Below the pieces are notes generated by a model. That model saw nothing but the letters and a program-made list of their open reading frames with translations. It was not told where the DNA came from and did not search any database. A DNA stretch of 62,523 bases, filler included, from Streblomastix strix (lineage: Eukaryota): NCBI GenBank assembly GCA_008636045.1. It is 4 parts of 4 records of this genome, joined end to end, with 100 filler letters (N's around TTAATTAATTAA, not from the genome) between each part and the next. Parts side by side here need not be neighbours in the genome. Positions count along the whole stretch, not along the records: positions 15,661 to 31,217 come from SNRW01000965.1; positions 31,318 to 46,874 come from SNRW01000966.1; 2 more parts are not named here. One strand, written 5' to 3'. Positions within the stretch are counted from its first letter, which is position 1, and each line of letters opens with the position of its first letter. Below are positions 27,676-42,312 of the stretch, piece by piece. The position numbers and the translations under genes were made by a program.

Positions 27676-28233
27676 AAAAATAAATAAAATCTTAAATTTA
27701 TTTGTAATTCATGAATTTAATTTTAAACTGAACAAAATATTTATTTTAATTCTTATTATCTTATTTTATTAAAATTTATTATTTTTTTGAGTATGAAAAT
27801 TTTTATTTTGATATCAACTACTTTATTTTGTATTTATTTATCTCATTCAAACCAATTATTTTAAACAAACATTTATCATTTTTTAAATTTTCTTTTCACA
27901 AATTATTTCATTTTAACGAAAAATCATATGATTTGTTTATAATTGGTTTTGAATGAATGTTTAAATCATCATTTTAATGATTATCAATTTACCTTTATTT
28001 TATTATTTATTATTTTGATACTTTTTGATAAAGAGTATATAATATAATAAAAGTTTCATTTTAATCTTTTTAACCAATTAAATTTATTATTTCAAACTGT
28101 ATAAAGAAGGAAACTATTGATAAAGTAAAACAAAGTAACTATTAGTAAAGTTAAAATATAAAACTACATTGAAAAATATAAAATTTTATAAAAACAAATA
28201 ATAGATTAGTAATGTGTAAATATTATAAAATTT

Positions 28234-31013
28234 TCATTCTTATTTCTGCTCAATTTCTTCTCCTATTACTTCTTCACCATCATGTCCACCACTCTTTCCA
28301 AGCAGTTCTTCTGGTGAAATTACTTCTTCAACGAAAGCAATGTCGTCATCCAGGAAGTGCTTATCAAAAATGCGACCTAATGTATGACAAACTGTGCTGC
28401 GAACCGAATCCAGTTTTCCTGTTGCTAATAGAAGATGATCACCCAAAATTGTTAGTCTCTGCCGCAAAAGTATATGAACCTATTAATGATCTTTCATTTT
28501 TTATTCATCATACTTTCTTTCTTCCATATCTTTCTCTTCATCTGAAAATGCTCTAAGTGTTGAAACCATCAGAATTTTATAAGGTTGTAAAATCTCTTAA
28601 ATATTTCCTTTATTCTTTATGTTATCAATGACTTCTTACCCAAAATGCATCATTCTTTCTTTAGGTCCATCCATTTTCACATATCCAGTCCTCATTGACG
28701 GAAGTAATACCATCTCTTTTTCATTGTCTTCAGCTGGAATCAAGTCAATTAGTCTCGACGATTTGCAGCTTTCTGCTCTCATGCTAAATCCCCAAGGAAG
28801 GGTATTAAACATCAATGAAACTACAACAAATATGATATAACGGATAAGTATTAATATGAATAATTGTAATTATAAATCATTTATCTTAAATTTAAAATAA
28901 ACATACAGAGAGAAAGAATTATCGATAAAATCATAACAATCACCAATGCTGTTTAAGATTGATTAACGACATCTTTTCCAATTTGAGTGATTGATGATGT
29001 AAGATCTTCCATTCCTTCTCTTAAATCATATCGTATTGCAGTAGAAATGAATCTAATCTCGTCTGATGTTTCTAACATTTCATTTGGATCCATTTCATTC
29101 ATTTATGAAATATATAGCCTCGTTCTAGCATAGAATCCACCAAGACCATAAAATGGAGGTGTCTGTTCAAAAATTCTTGTTTATGGAACTTAATCGCACT
29201 CAAGCGAATGGAGGAAGCAATCTTACTTTTCTAACAATAATTATGAGTTCTGCTTCTGAGAAAGCCTTGTTGACCGAATAGAATTCATATAAGCATCTTC
29301 TAAATTCAAATATCTATTTGATCCATAGTGAACATTAAGGTGCAGTTAATTGATATATCTCGATGCTCCCTTTGCAAGAAACAAAATAACTTTACGATCT
29401 GTGCTTACATGAGAATCATCCTTCCACACTTGATAAAAAAAATATTATAATAATTTATTTGAAATAAAATTTGAATATTGACAAACTAGGTTAAGAAACA
29501 TAAGGGAAGTTTACACGTTTAATGGTATTCAAAAATGAATAATTGATAAAGGTCCTATTAATATAATGAAAAAGAAGTATTAAAATATTGAATGAATTAT
29601 AAATCTTTAATATTAATCCAACACAGTAATATAATATGTATCTCAAACCTTAAAATTAAGTACTGCAGTTATCCAAACGTTGGAGGTCGAAGTCCAGACA
29701 ACACTACATTCTAAGGAGCACCAGAATAGTTATCAATATATAACAGTACAACAATAAGTTATGCCAAATTCATCACTAAAACGATAGTGAGTGCTAACAC
29801 CATATTAAAATAGTTCATAAATACAATTGGTGATTGAATCTTGTCATGGAGTTCTTTAAGTTTATTTTCATCATTATTCAGTTTCGTGATCCATTCCTCA
29901 TCATCAACTTCATCTCTAATAAGACCCATTTCATCATCATTAAATTCAAAATCATACTTTGAATCTTATTCTTTCTTCCCTTCTTTCTTTTTCTTTTCTT
30001 TTTTTCCTTTCTTTTTCTTATTCTTTTATTATTTATTCTTCTTATTCTTTTTATTATCTTTTTCTTTCTTTTTATCTTTAGTTTTAGTTTTATCAGAATC
30101 TTTCTTCTTTTTTTTCTATTTTTTATCATCACTTTTTTCTTATTAAATTTTGCTTGATTTTTCATTTTATTATTTTTCTTTATCTTATTTTAATTCATTT
30201 ATCTTGATATGACTTTAATGAGTTTAATTTTATGGTTAAGATTAATAATTTGAAGAATTCTTTTTTAAATTGATCTCTTTTCCAATCTCGGTTTCTATAG
30301 CTGATCCTTTCTATTAATTATTAGTCTGATCTTCAATCTAAGGAAGCAAAGACATTCCTAGTTAATATGGATTGAGAGCATTTGAAAAATCAAACTAAAA
30401 ATCTTTCATTTAATTTCCAACTTTATTTAAATTTGATGTTTATCCTCCTCCATTTCCAATTTAAAAAGGTTACTCATTCTACATTCCAAATTAAGGGATA
30501 GAAGGCAAAGAAACTGGAGAGAAAGTAGATAAATTAGATAATGGAGATAAAACTTATAAATTTGGTAAGTCCAGAGATTATGGAGAAAAGAAAAGTGGAG
30601 GAGTAATAGAAGGCATGGACGTAATAGAAAACAAAGATTAAGGAAGAGTTAAATTAGGTGTTTATGGCATTGAAAAAGCATTAAGATCCAAAGAGAATTA
30701 TGATGAACCAACTGTTTGTAATTAATTATTGTAAATATTACTACCATCTATTTATTCTTCTTATATTTCAACAACTTTTGTCTAAGATGGAGATTTTTAC
30801 AACTTTTGTGATTATGAATCAAATTATTATTATTCAAACTATTCACTCATTTATCTTTTATTTTCATCCATATTTATTGTTCCTGTATTTCTTATCTATT
30901 CATCTTCATCTTCATTCTCTTCTTATTATAATTATCTTCTAATCACATTTTATATCCGAGCTTTTGGGATGTCTAATAATTTAATCATTGCTGATTTTCG
31001 TTCTTTATAAATT
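28234..31013 (-). CDS. Membrane sensor-like protein (TmcB/TmcC-like family by resemblance) with C-terminal hemerythrin-like domain; 5'-truncated, multi-exon
   Basis: An exon starting at 31013 after a CAG acceptor gives IYKERKSAMIKLLDIPK, then a low-complexity cytoplasmic loop. TM helix MVLALTIVLVMNLAQLIVVLLYI (~29730-29810), a ~200-aa loop with Cys pair DCFLHSLEC, and TM helix TALVIVMILSIILSL/FSLMF follow. The C-terminus reads SMRTGYVKMD...RAFSDEEKDMEERKY...HQQVH...KHFLDDD. Stop TGA at 28234-28236. Confidence 0.7.
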
Positions 31014-31096
31014 CTGAGAGTGTAAAAAATAAAAAATGCTATCATCAACATTTCATTTACAGATAAGAGAGCAACTGAATAAAATTAAAAATAGTA

Positions 31097-31217
<121 letters not shown>

Positions 31218-31317
31218 NNNNNNNNNNNNNNNNNNNNNNNNNNNNNNNNNNNNNNNNNNNNTTAATTAATTAANNNNNNNNNNNNNNNNNNNNNNNNNNN
31301 NNNNNNNNNNNNNNNNN
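31218..31317. other. Artificial contig spacer
   Basis: N-run with TTAATTAATTAA linker. Confidence 0.97.
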
Positions 31318-34300
31318 AAGCTCGTGAGCTCCGGATTAATTGGAGGAATAACTTCATAACAGAAAGAACAAATTTCTTCTTAATAATTAAATAAGAAAAA
31401 GATATAATAATTACAACAATTTTTTGTTCCTATCCCAATTTAACTCACATTAGCACTTTCAAGAAATGGAATCTTAGATGATACAAATTGGGAAGTTTTA
31501 ATCCGAGTTATCATAATGGCAGTTGGATCACCAGTTGGTTGGGGAGAAACACAAAACATATCAGATAAACAACAAAATCAAAATTATACAAAAGATGATA
31601 ATGTAATATAAGCAGGAACAAATTCATTCCAAAACAATAGCGCTTTACTACCTATTCCACAACAGATTGCATTTGAATAATCAAAATTTAATGACAGAAG
31701 AATTTCATCACCTGGCAAAAATATTAATTTATTTACCTCATAATAAGAGATCGATCAACAACTTACTCGAGGAGTTCCTAATCTTCAAACTTTGTAATCT
31801 TTTGCATCTGATACTCTCTATGAAATCATCGCCTATCATACAGCAGCACGTAATTAGCTCTGGCCATTATTATTCCAGTATCTGTTTGATCCAACAGCTG
31901 CATCTTCACTTCCTGTTGTTTTAACAGCACTTTTGAGATTAGTAATTTGTAGAAAATAAAGATTAGGTGATCGTTGGGGATTGATGTGGAATCCACAGTA
32001 AATAATACAACATCTTAATAAAGAATTCATTTCTGAACAACCTTAAGAATCTCAGAATTAAACATCTGTTAATCAACTCTTCCTTCTGGAACAATCTAAA
32101 AAAGAAAACAAAAACAAAAAATTAGAACAAGAACTTTTTATTTAGTCTCAAATGAAGGATATTGATAGACCTGAAGCAAAAGATGAATAATTGATTCCTC
32201 GTGGACATGCAATCTTAATACGACTTATTATATTGGCAAGTGATATTTAGACAGATTGTAGGATAGCACTTCCAGCACTTGCATTGATTCGAGTGTTACT
32301 TCCAGGAATTCATAAAACTTTCAATGAATAAAAAATTAAGATTGATGAAAGTGAATCTGAAGATGAAGCAGACGATGAAAATAGCTAATAATTGGAAGAA
32401 AAGAAAAGTGCCAGTGAATAATTAAGATAGATGATAAAATAATTATATATATTCTGGGTTGATCATATTGTAAAGCTGAATAGAATTTAAGAAGACAAAG
32501 AACCTGATAAATAAGAAGATTTAGTTGATGAAGATTAGTAATCTGAAATTGAATTTAATTAATAAGAATAATCAATTTAAAAATAAGATAGATTCAAAGG
32601 AATTAAAATGTTAACTGTTCTTGATGGATTTCAAAATGAATCAATTTCACCATCGAAGAATTTACATTTCAATACAAATCCTTATTTTTAACTTCGCCAA
32701 AAAGTAAATAATTAATCTTCAATTTAATGTACAAAAAGTATTAACAAGCTCGTGAGCTCCGGATTAATTGGAGGAATAACTTCATAACAGAAAGAACAAA
32801 TTTCTTCTTAATAATTAAATAAGAAAAAGATATAATAATTACAACAATTTTTTGTTCCTATCCCAATTTAACCTTCACAATACACTTCCATTATATGGGA
32901 ACTGCTTGTTTTGGATTTAATACGATTTATTCTTAGAACCATTAATGATGATAAGTTCACAAGAACTGTTGGGTTTACTCTAAGTAAGTAATTTGATTAT
33001 ACAAATGAAACCTGGATTTCTAATAACAAAAATACCCATAATTTGAAACCATAAAAAGGACTTGTTACTTCTCAAAGCGATTCTTCTTTATCCAACAGTT
33101 TGCAATATTAATAACTAACATAGATCATATAAGATGCATAAATAGGAACAGAACCTTAACTTGCAGCATTATAATCGTCAGTGAGAATATTAAACAATAT
33201 CGCCCATTCTCCAATTGATGTAAATAATCTGAATTCTAAAATAGGTCATAAATAATAATAATTGAAAACACAATTTGAGATTCTGTAAAACAATTTCATT
33301 TCTCAGGCATAAATGGCTAATAATTAATCGATAAATCAGCTTTTAATGAAGAGATCTAATAATGAAAGCATTATTATTCGTTTTTATGGCACATGTATTG
33401 AAAATTTCTTAAAGACTGCCAATGACATTTCAGAACAAACAAATTTAGGAAATTAAGTTGGATCTCCTTCATCGAAGTCTCGATCAGAACTTAAATAATT
33501 CTATATAGGATATAAAACTTCAGCACCAGCATAAATTCTGCTTGAACATATGCTCCAATATATGAACCACGCTTCTGCAACATAAAGAAGAGCTTTGGCT
33601 GAATCTTTTTCTTAATCATCAAACAATCCAATGTTCATAGATACTTGCATTTAAGTTCTCTCTACACTACAAAAATAAAATATGACGATAACCAAAAAGA
33701 ATCCTCTAAATTCACAATAAGTATGGCAAGGAAATGGTGTAGTTCCAATTTTAAATTCAATTGAGCAAAGTAATCAAATTCAAAATACTTAAACATAACA
33801 TAATCAATAACAGTCATTATAACTCTTTGTAACTCCATTTTCAAACTCTCCAGTTCGATAATCTCAGTTTGTATATATAGATATGAATATAAGATGCAGT
33901 GCGATGCTTATTTACTCTGAAATTCTGAAATCAAATTTGACACTTACAAAAACCCTGACATTAATAGAAGAAGATATAATTCCTTTCTTACAAACACATT
34001 TACAGCACATTAGTACAATAGAAGAAAGAAGAAGTGCTATTTTTCTGATTTCTTCGTTGGCTGATGTTTTACAACCGTCAATTCAAGAAAAAAGACATCA
34101 TCGAAATTCACAATCATAAATTGAGATGCCATAAATGTCAATAAAAGAGAACAAGACATAAACTTAAGAAAAAAATAATCAACAATCAAATAATTATGAA
34201 TAAATTGAATAAGAAATTAATGAAGAAGAGGAAAGTGAATAATAAAATAGTATTTCATAAGATTCAACTGAAGACAAACCAAAACCCAACTTATTTCTTG

Positions 34301-37300
34301 AAAAATCATCTCCATAATAAAATATCTAATTTCCAAAGTATCAACCATTTATACTCAGTATGCGAGATGAATTGATGCTCACAGTTACCAGATATATAAC
34401 TTCTGATAAATCGCACAGTTCAGATGAAGATGCTGAAAAAATTAATAAAGATGAAAGTAGTAATATTACATAATTGAGCAGAATATTATAATCTGATGAT
34501 GAAACTGATAATCCAAGTGAAGAATTTATCCACTTAAAGAGAAGTGGTATTATTACATTAAGAAAACTTTCAGAACTTCCTCCAGCCGTTTCGAATGAAC
34601 TTCAAAGTAAAATTTTGATGAAAATAATTCCCCAAACACGTTTCGATATTACTTTTGGTTAATAAGTTATACCAAATAAGTTAATTGATGACTTTTAAGA
34701 AGATTAGATAATAATATTAGATGAAGAAAGCGTTCTTGTTAAGAATCTTAATGGAATCTAAGATCAATTCAAAAAGGAGCAAAGAGATATACCAAACATT
34801 ACCAATCTTATATCAACTCTTGTTTTAACTTTCTTATAAACATCAATCGCATCTTTGAATGTTCAATTATCAAAGAATAAAAATAATTCAAAATCCACAC
34901 ATCAAAAAGATAATATTCATTCTTCTGAAACAAAGATCTAAACTGGATATGATTTTGGGATGAGTTAGTTTCTGCGTCTTTGTGGTATTTTCTTACCATT
35001 TACACGACATTAAAACCCTTCGCTAAGATATTGTGCATTAGACATATACATTACATTTCTCAGAACATTTATTGAATTAACATCTGAAAGAATCAAAACT
35101 TTATATCCGCCTAATTCAACTGTTTATAACTTATTAAATTTTAAATGTCTTGGCGTAATTATTGCTTTACTCACTCCCAGAATAGTTGATGATTATATAA
35201 AGATTAGACAACTGGCCTGTGATTCTTTGGGATTAACTCTTTTTGCTGATCAGATTTTCCATAATGATATTCGTGTTGGATTTGATAATATTCCATCTTC
35301 AGAAATTATTGGAGTGGCCGAGTTACGAAGTTTTGTCTCTGAATGGCCAGAATGCAACATATAAGATTGGTGGAGAAAGAGATAAGCTCCAATTTAACTG
35401 TAATAATATATTAATAATTCAATAACCAACTATAGTAATTCAATAACCAATAATAATAATTCAATAACCAACAATAGTATTTCATTTAATCATTTCTCTT
35501 TGAATCATTTAAAGATTAAGAGTAAATATTAATAATAATTGAACACAACTTCATTATCTCCTTAACCTCCTCCACCGATGGAAAATCGAGATTTATTTTC
35601 AACTTCACAAATAAATAATGATTAAATTTCTAAACCACTTCCACCAAATTAGCCAAATATTATTATTATTACATCTTTCATTACTTAAAAACTATCAAAA
35701 TATCTCAATTCTTATCTGAAACTAGAAGAATTTATTGACACTGTTTCTGCACTAATCAGATTTGGAGTTTCTGATCCAACACATTAAGGCAAACTTCTCT
35801 GTATGAAAATGGCTTATGGATTAATCATTCGATTTGAAAACAATGGAAATTCAATTATTGATTTGCTTACTAAAAACAGCAATGAGATAAACGAAGTAAA
35901 CAATATGAATAATATTGAGCATTCATCATCTAAACTTATTCCTTCTGAAGCAGTTCATACTTTAGTTAAATGTGTTATTGATGCAATAACTCTTGAACCT
36001 TCATCGAATCTAACATCTTCAAAATCTTTATCTTCATTACCTTAAGAAATTAATGATATTACACAACACAGAAGAAACATATCCCAATTTATTGGAGAAG
36101 GGAAAATAGAAACAAAATAAGAAGAATCTGATTATTCTTGGATTGTAACAGATTCTGCAATCATTGGAGGTAGTTCTAACCACATAATTCCACTTCCAAC
36201 TTTTCCACAAAAACAAATTCCTAATGATGTTCAGAGAGTTGTGCTTATGTGCATATAAGCTCTTACTCTTAATCATTCATAAAATGTATTCAATTAACTA
36301 TTGGAGTAAACATAAGAAAGAAGGAATTAAGCAAATTTAGCATTCTAATAAATTGTATTTGAAGCTTGTGGATAAGAAAATTCATCTTAATAACAACCTA
36401 TGGATGACATTGATTTAATTTAATAGATTGTATTTTCCATTCGCACAAATTGCGCTCATAATTTGATGAAGTTTCTTTTGAATACAATCAAAGATCCAAA
36501 TTAATATGAAGTTAAATAAACACGTGAAAAGGAGATCTACAGACCATTATATAAACCTCATGCTGCTATATAAGCTCTGAATGCAATATTTAAGATGCCT
36601 CAAAGAAAATTAAAAATAGAATCTAAAATTGTTTCAAATAAAAAGAAATTGAATAAAAATAAAGAAATAAAAAGCATTGATTTAGAGATATTATAAAACA
36701 AATAAGAAAATAATAATGAATAGAAGAAACTTACATCAGATGATATTGAAGATTATATAGTAAGTATTGATCCATTGAAAAGTGAAGGAAGTGAGATTTA
36801 TTAAGCTTTAAGCAACTTGCGTCTGAATGATTCTTCTCCTTCATTCATTTATATGTATATTCCTGTAGTTGCAACAACTCTTCTTGCTCATATTGGCGTC
36901 CTTCATGTATGCGATAATGAAGTGGATAATTAATTTAATGGAGGAATTAATGGACATCTTATGTTTGTCTGCGCCGCTTTAAAGAATATTTTTTAGTATA
37001 TTGGACTTGTTAGTATTAAAACAAAGATTCTATATCCAGTTACATACAAATGTGATTCAACTTTACATCTCACATCATCTGATTAAGAAACAGTCAATTA
37101 AGGCGTAGTTGCTGATTATTATGAATCTCTTATGGACAATGATTGAAATGAAGCTCAGAAATAGTTGGTTTTCTCAAGTCAAGCTCTGAGTGCAGCAAAA
37201 TCTGGGATCAATCTTAGGAAAGACTAACAATAAGCATAGAAAGAGGAGATTATAGCAAATTAATAATAATAGAAAGCAATTGATGAAATTAAGAGATTGG

Positions 37301-39075
37301 GAATTCCACCAATTAATTTGTGGAATGCAGTTGCAGATAAGAAACATTTTGCTTCGTTTGTATTTGCTTGTGGTAATAAAATTGCTTCCTGGTATAATGA
37401 ATAACAATCAAATAAATAAATGATTGAAACAGAAAAAGAAATCGAAGAAGAAGACAATAAGGATTTTGAAACATAATAATCTGAAGACAGCGAGAGTGAT
37501 TCAGATGAAAATGTTAAAGAAAATATTATTGAAAAGAATTATAGTAACATTGACTTAATACAAATAATTAAAAATTATGATTAAATTACTTCTAATAATA
37601 ATATTGACTAAGGAATTATTGAAGAGTATGTTAATACTGCAGTTGCTTAATCAAATTCGCCATTTGTTACTCAACGTTTGGGTGCAGTTAGTTTATTAAC
37701 TGCTGCTTCATCACATATTAATCTGAATGAAAGTCAGCTTCAATATTACAAAAAGAATAACATAGATATTAATACCAAATAAAATCTGTTGATTAATAGA
37801 ATTGGAAGTGCGCTTTAGTAACGTGCAACAGATGTTGATTCAAATGTTTGTGATTCTGCATATGCTGGAATTTCAATTCTCACAAGACAGATTTATTTGT
37901 TTAATTAAAATCCAATTTCGAGCATTAAAAATGATTAATAATTATCCGATAAATAATCTTTTAATAAATCAATAACAGAAAATAAATAATTATAAACAAA
38001 TAATGAAGATAAAACATCTGTTTCCTCCAATTTTGAACTAATAAAATCTTTACTTTCAACATCTCTTAATTCCATAATTCACCCTTAATAAAATCCCATT
38101 CATAGATCTGCTGTACAATCTGCATCAAGACTTGTTGTTCTAATTCTTTCATCATATAGATAATTAGATTCAGACAATGATTTAGATGAGCTCATTAATA
38201 CTGGATATAAAGCAGTTCAAATCTTACTGACATCATGGAAAGGTGAATCAGCACTACGCATTGGTGGGTGTTAACTTCTATTTTCTCTCACTCAAAGTCA
38301 ATATAAAGAAAAAAATATGGAAAGTTTAAAACTGATTTAACCGATTGTTCCTCTAATTTGCATAAATATTACAGATTCTGATCGTATTGTTAGATAAGGA
38401 ACATATTTTTGCTTCAGAAAGTTGTTACCTTTACTTATTACTACATAAATTCACCCATAATAATCTGAATTTAATCTTTGCTTGTCAACTTAATTCCAAT
38501 CTGATTTGCATTTATCATCAAATGATGCAAAAATCATTTAAGATGACCTTTATAAAACCATCGCGTAATATTTCTCAAAAGATATTCCTGAAATTATGGT
38601 GAATACATTCATTCCAACGCTAACTCATATTCTGGGAAAGAATTCATCCACTCAAATACAACAATCATAACCTTCTGAACTTCATTATTCACCAACAATG
38701 CAACTTACATCAAATGTCAAGATCTAATCTTGTCTCCTTCTTGGAAGTTTTCTCAGAGAAGTTCCCAATGAATTGAAAGGATCAAAAGCAGAATAGAAAC
38801 AAATGTCTCAATAATCATAACAATATTCAATATAAAATCAAACTTCAGGTATTAAACAAAATATTTAGGATAATAATTTATTAGAAAATACCATAGAAAG
38901 CAATTTTGAGATTCTTGATGATGGACTTGAAACTGATTTGTTATAACGCCAAGCTTCTCTAGAACATCAACGAAGGCAATTATTGATGAATGCAATCAGA
39001 GCAATAATTGGACTACTCAATGATGACAGCAAACATGTCAAGGCAAGCGCATCAAGAGCATTGGGCTGGCTTTGA
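31318..39075 (+). CDS. Large HEAT-repeat protein, MROH1 (maestro heat-like / SGR6)-like, with many low-complexity insertions; 5'-truncated; one internal TGA
   Basis: Frame 1 is open for ~2,585 codons apart from TGA at 37144. Amphipathic helical repeats include QILLEHMLQYMNHASATQRRALAESF, LLTPRIVDDYIKIRQLACDSLG, QPIVPLICINITDSDRIVRQGT. The C-terminus AIIGLLNDDSKHVKASASRALGWL* resembles the terminal HEAT repeat of MROH1-family proteins. Confidence 0.65.
32746..32872 (+). repeat. Exact 127-bp direct repeat of the contig's first 127 bases (31318-31444)
   Basis: AAGCTCGTGAGCTCCGG...CCCAATTTAAC occurs identically at 31318 and 32746 and diverges at base 128. Confidence 0.9.
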
Positions 39076-40811
39076 TATTTTTGATATTGTAATCTACAAG
39101 CAAAATTTATCTTTTTATAATTCTTTTAAAATCTTCTAATTTGTTGATTATACTTAAATATATGAAATAAATATTGTTTGTGAATGATATTTGATTGAAG
39201 ATGTTAATAAACACAATTTAATCAATTTAAACATATTTATTTATTCATAATTTTAATAAATAGCAATTTATATGAAAGAAATTAAATCAATTAATTGTTA
39301 TTCATATTATTCAGCTAATGTCAATCCTACTATGCATTTATGATTCTAATACAATTGCAGTTGTATAAGAATAGGAATTACTAAATAAGAATGTTTCTTA
39401 AAATAAATGAAGCAAAATAATAAAGAATTAAAAATATTAAATTATAGAAATTAATATAAATATTAAAATAAATTATTAAAATATATTTATGGCTCAGATA
39501 GGGGCGAAATTATTACATCATAAGTAAATCTTCGGAACTATTCAATCATCACTGCCAACATAATAATAAATGATATAATATATAAAATGCACACTTTCAC
39601 TGAACAAATTAACAAACAGAAAAGTCATTTATACATATATTGAATACTAGAATGGTTTACAACTAAAAGTAGTGCAAAAAATCTAATCCTAAGCTCATAA
39701 TGAAAACAAATTGGAATTTAATATTTTGCAGAAGTTTGCCAATTTCTCGCAGATGATGAGTCAGACATCTTTCATCTTCGGTTTTCCTAACTATATTCGC
39801 GCATATAATAGCAGAGCGTCTAGGAATGCTATATAAAATGTTTGAGAACGGGTTTGTTAGGGTTTTACTGGGCTTTTTATTGATTGTTTAGTTTTCCAAG
39901 GTCTGCGGCTTGCAAAAGCTGGATTCGTTGTCATTAAAGAAGATACTATAAATAAAAGACAAAATATAATGATTTAGTTAAATGTTTAATTTTCAGATAT
40001 TGTGAGAAAAAGCAATATTAAAAAAAATATAAAAATAAAAATACATGTAACAAACATCTGCACTAGTTTATTATTTAACTGATTCAGTAAATTTATTTCT
40101 GTTCAATTTATCTTAGCAATATGATGTTTTTCTTTCCGCAGTGGCAAAAATCTGACATTTTATTTAAAACTTTACTATTTCTAAAGAATTCTGCTCCTTA
40201 TTAACATATATTTATAGTACAATAATTTTATTTCCTAAAATAATTACTTAGATATACTTTTAATCTTTGTTTGAGGCTTGAATAATTTTAGAATAATATT
40301 GTCATTTTTTTCAGAGTTCTTTAACGTAATTCTTTTTAATTATTTTTGAATTTCTCTTAGTAATATTTTATAATTTTATTTAAAATTATTTTCTCAAAAT
40401 TATTTCCTTTGCATTACGTAGAAAACACAAATTAAATATAATTTTTTTGTTAGTGCCAATCAAAATATTATTTACTCTTATTATTTAATTTTTCCAGAAG
40501 TAAATATTATTTTAATTTTATGACATAAAATGTTTTAATAGATTAATCCAATTTATTTTTTTATTTGCATTTTTAATTCATTATTTTTAATTATCTGCCT
40601 ATAGCGCTTAATATTGATTAATATTTTTTTTGTACTATTTATTTAATAACACTTATATTTTATTACCCAATTTAATATATTTTTCAATATTTAATTATTT
40701 GCCCTCGTTCCTAAAATAATAATTAATTTTTTCTTATTTATTTTTTTATTATTTAATTAATTTATTAATTTGCACTAATTTTATTTATAGTTCAAACAGA
40801 CTTCTCACATC

Positions 40812-42132
<1,321 letters not shown>

Positions 42133-42158
42133 AAGCTCCTTCAGTTCTTTAGGGAATT

Positions 42159-42312
42159 CTCTCCTTATTTATATTTCACCTCTGGTTGGAATACATATTT
42201 TTGGTGGGCCAGAGGTGAAATAAGGAGAGATGAGGATCACAAATCATTAACCTGCCTCCAAGGTAGATGGTGATAATAATTGATTACCGCCTTCTCTCCT
42301 TATCTCACCTCT
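42159..42312. repeat. Inverted-repeat / hairpin module at the DIRS 3' end
   Basis: TCTCCTTATTT..TTTCACCTCTGG (~42159-42185) is complementary to CCAGAGGTGAAATAAGGAGA (~42209-42228). A third copy, TCTCTCCTTATCTCACCTCT, lies at ~42293-42312. Confidence 0.75.

Noticed and set aside
35412..35478. Three 21-bp tandem repeats (NNSITNx), and an 18-bp duplication at ~22246-22280
   Set aside because: These are in-frame slippage repeats in low-complexity insertions, which are ordinary for this genome.
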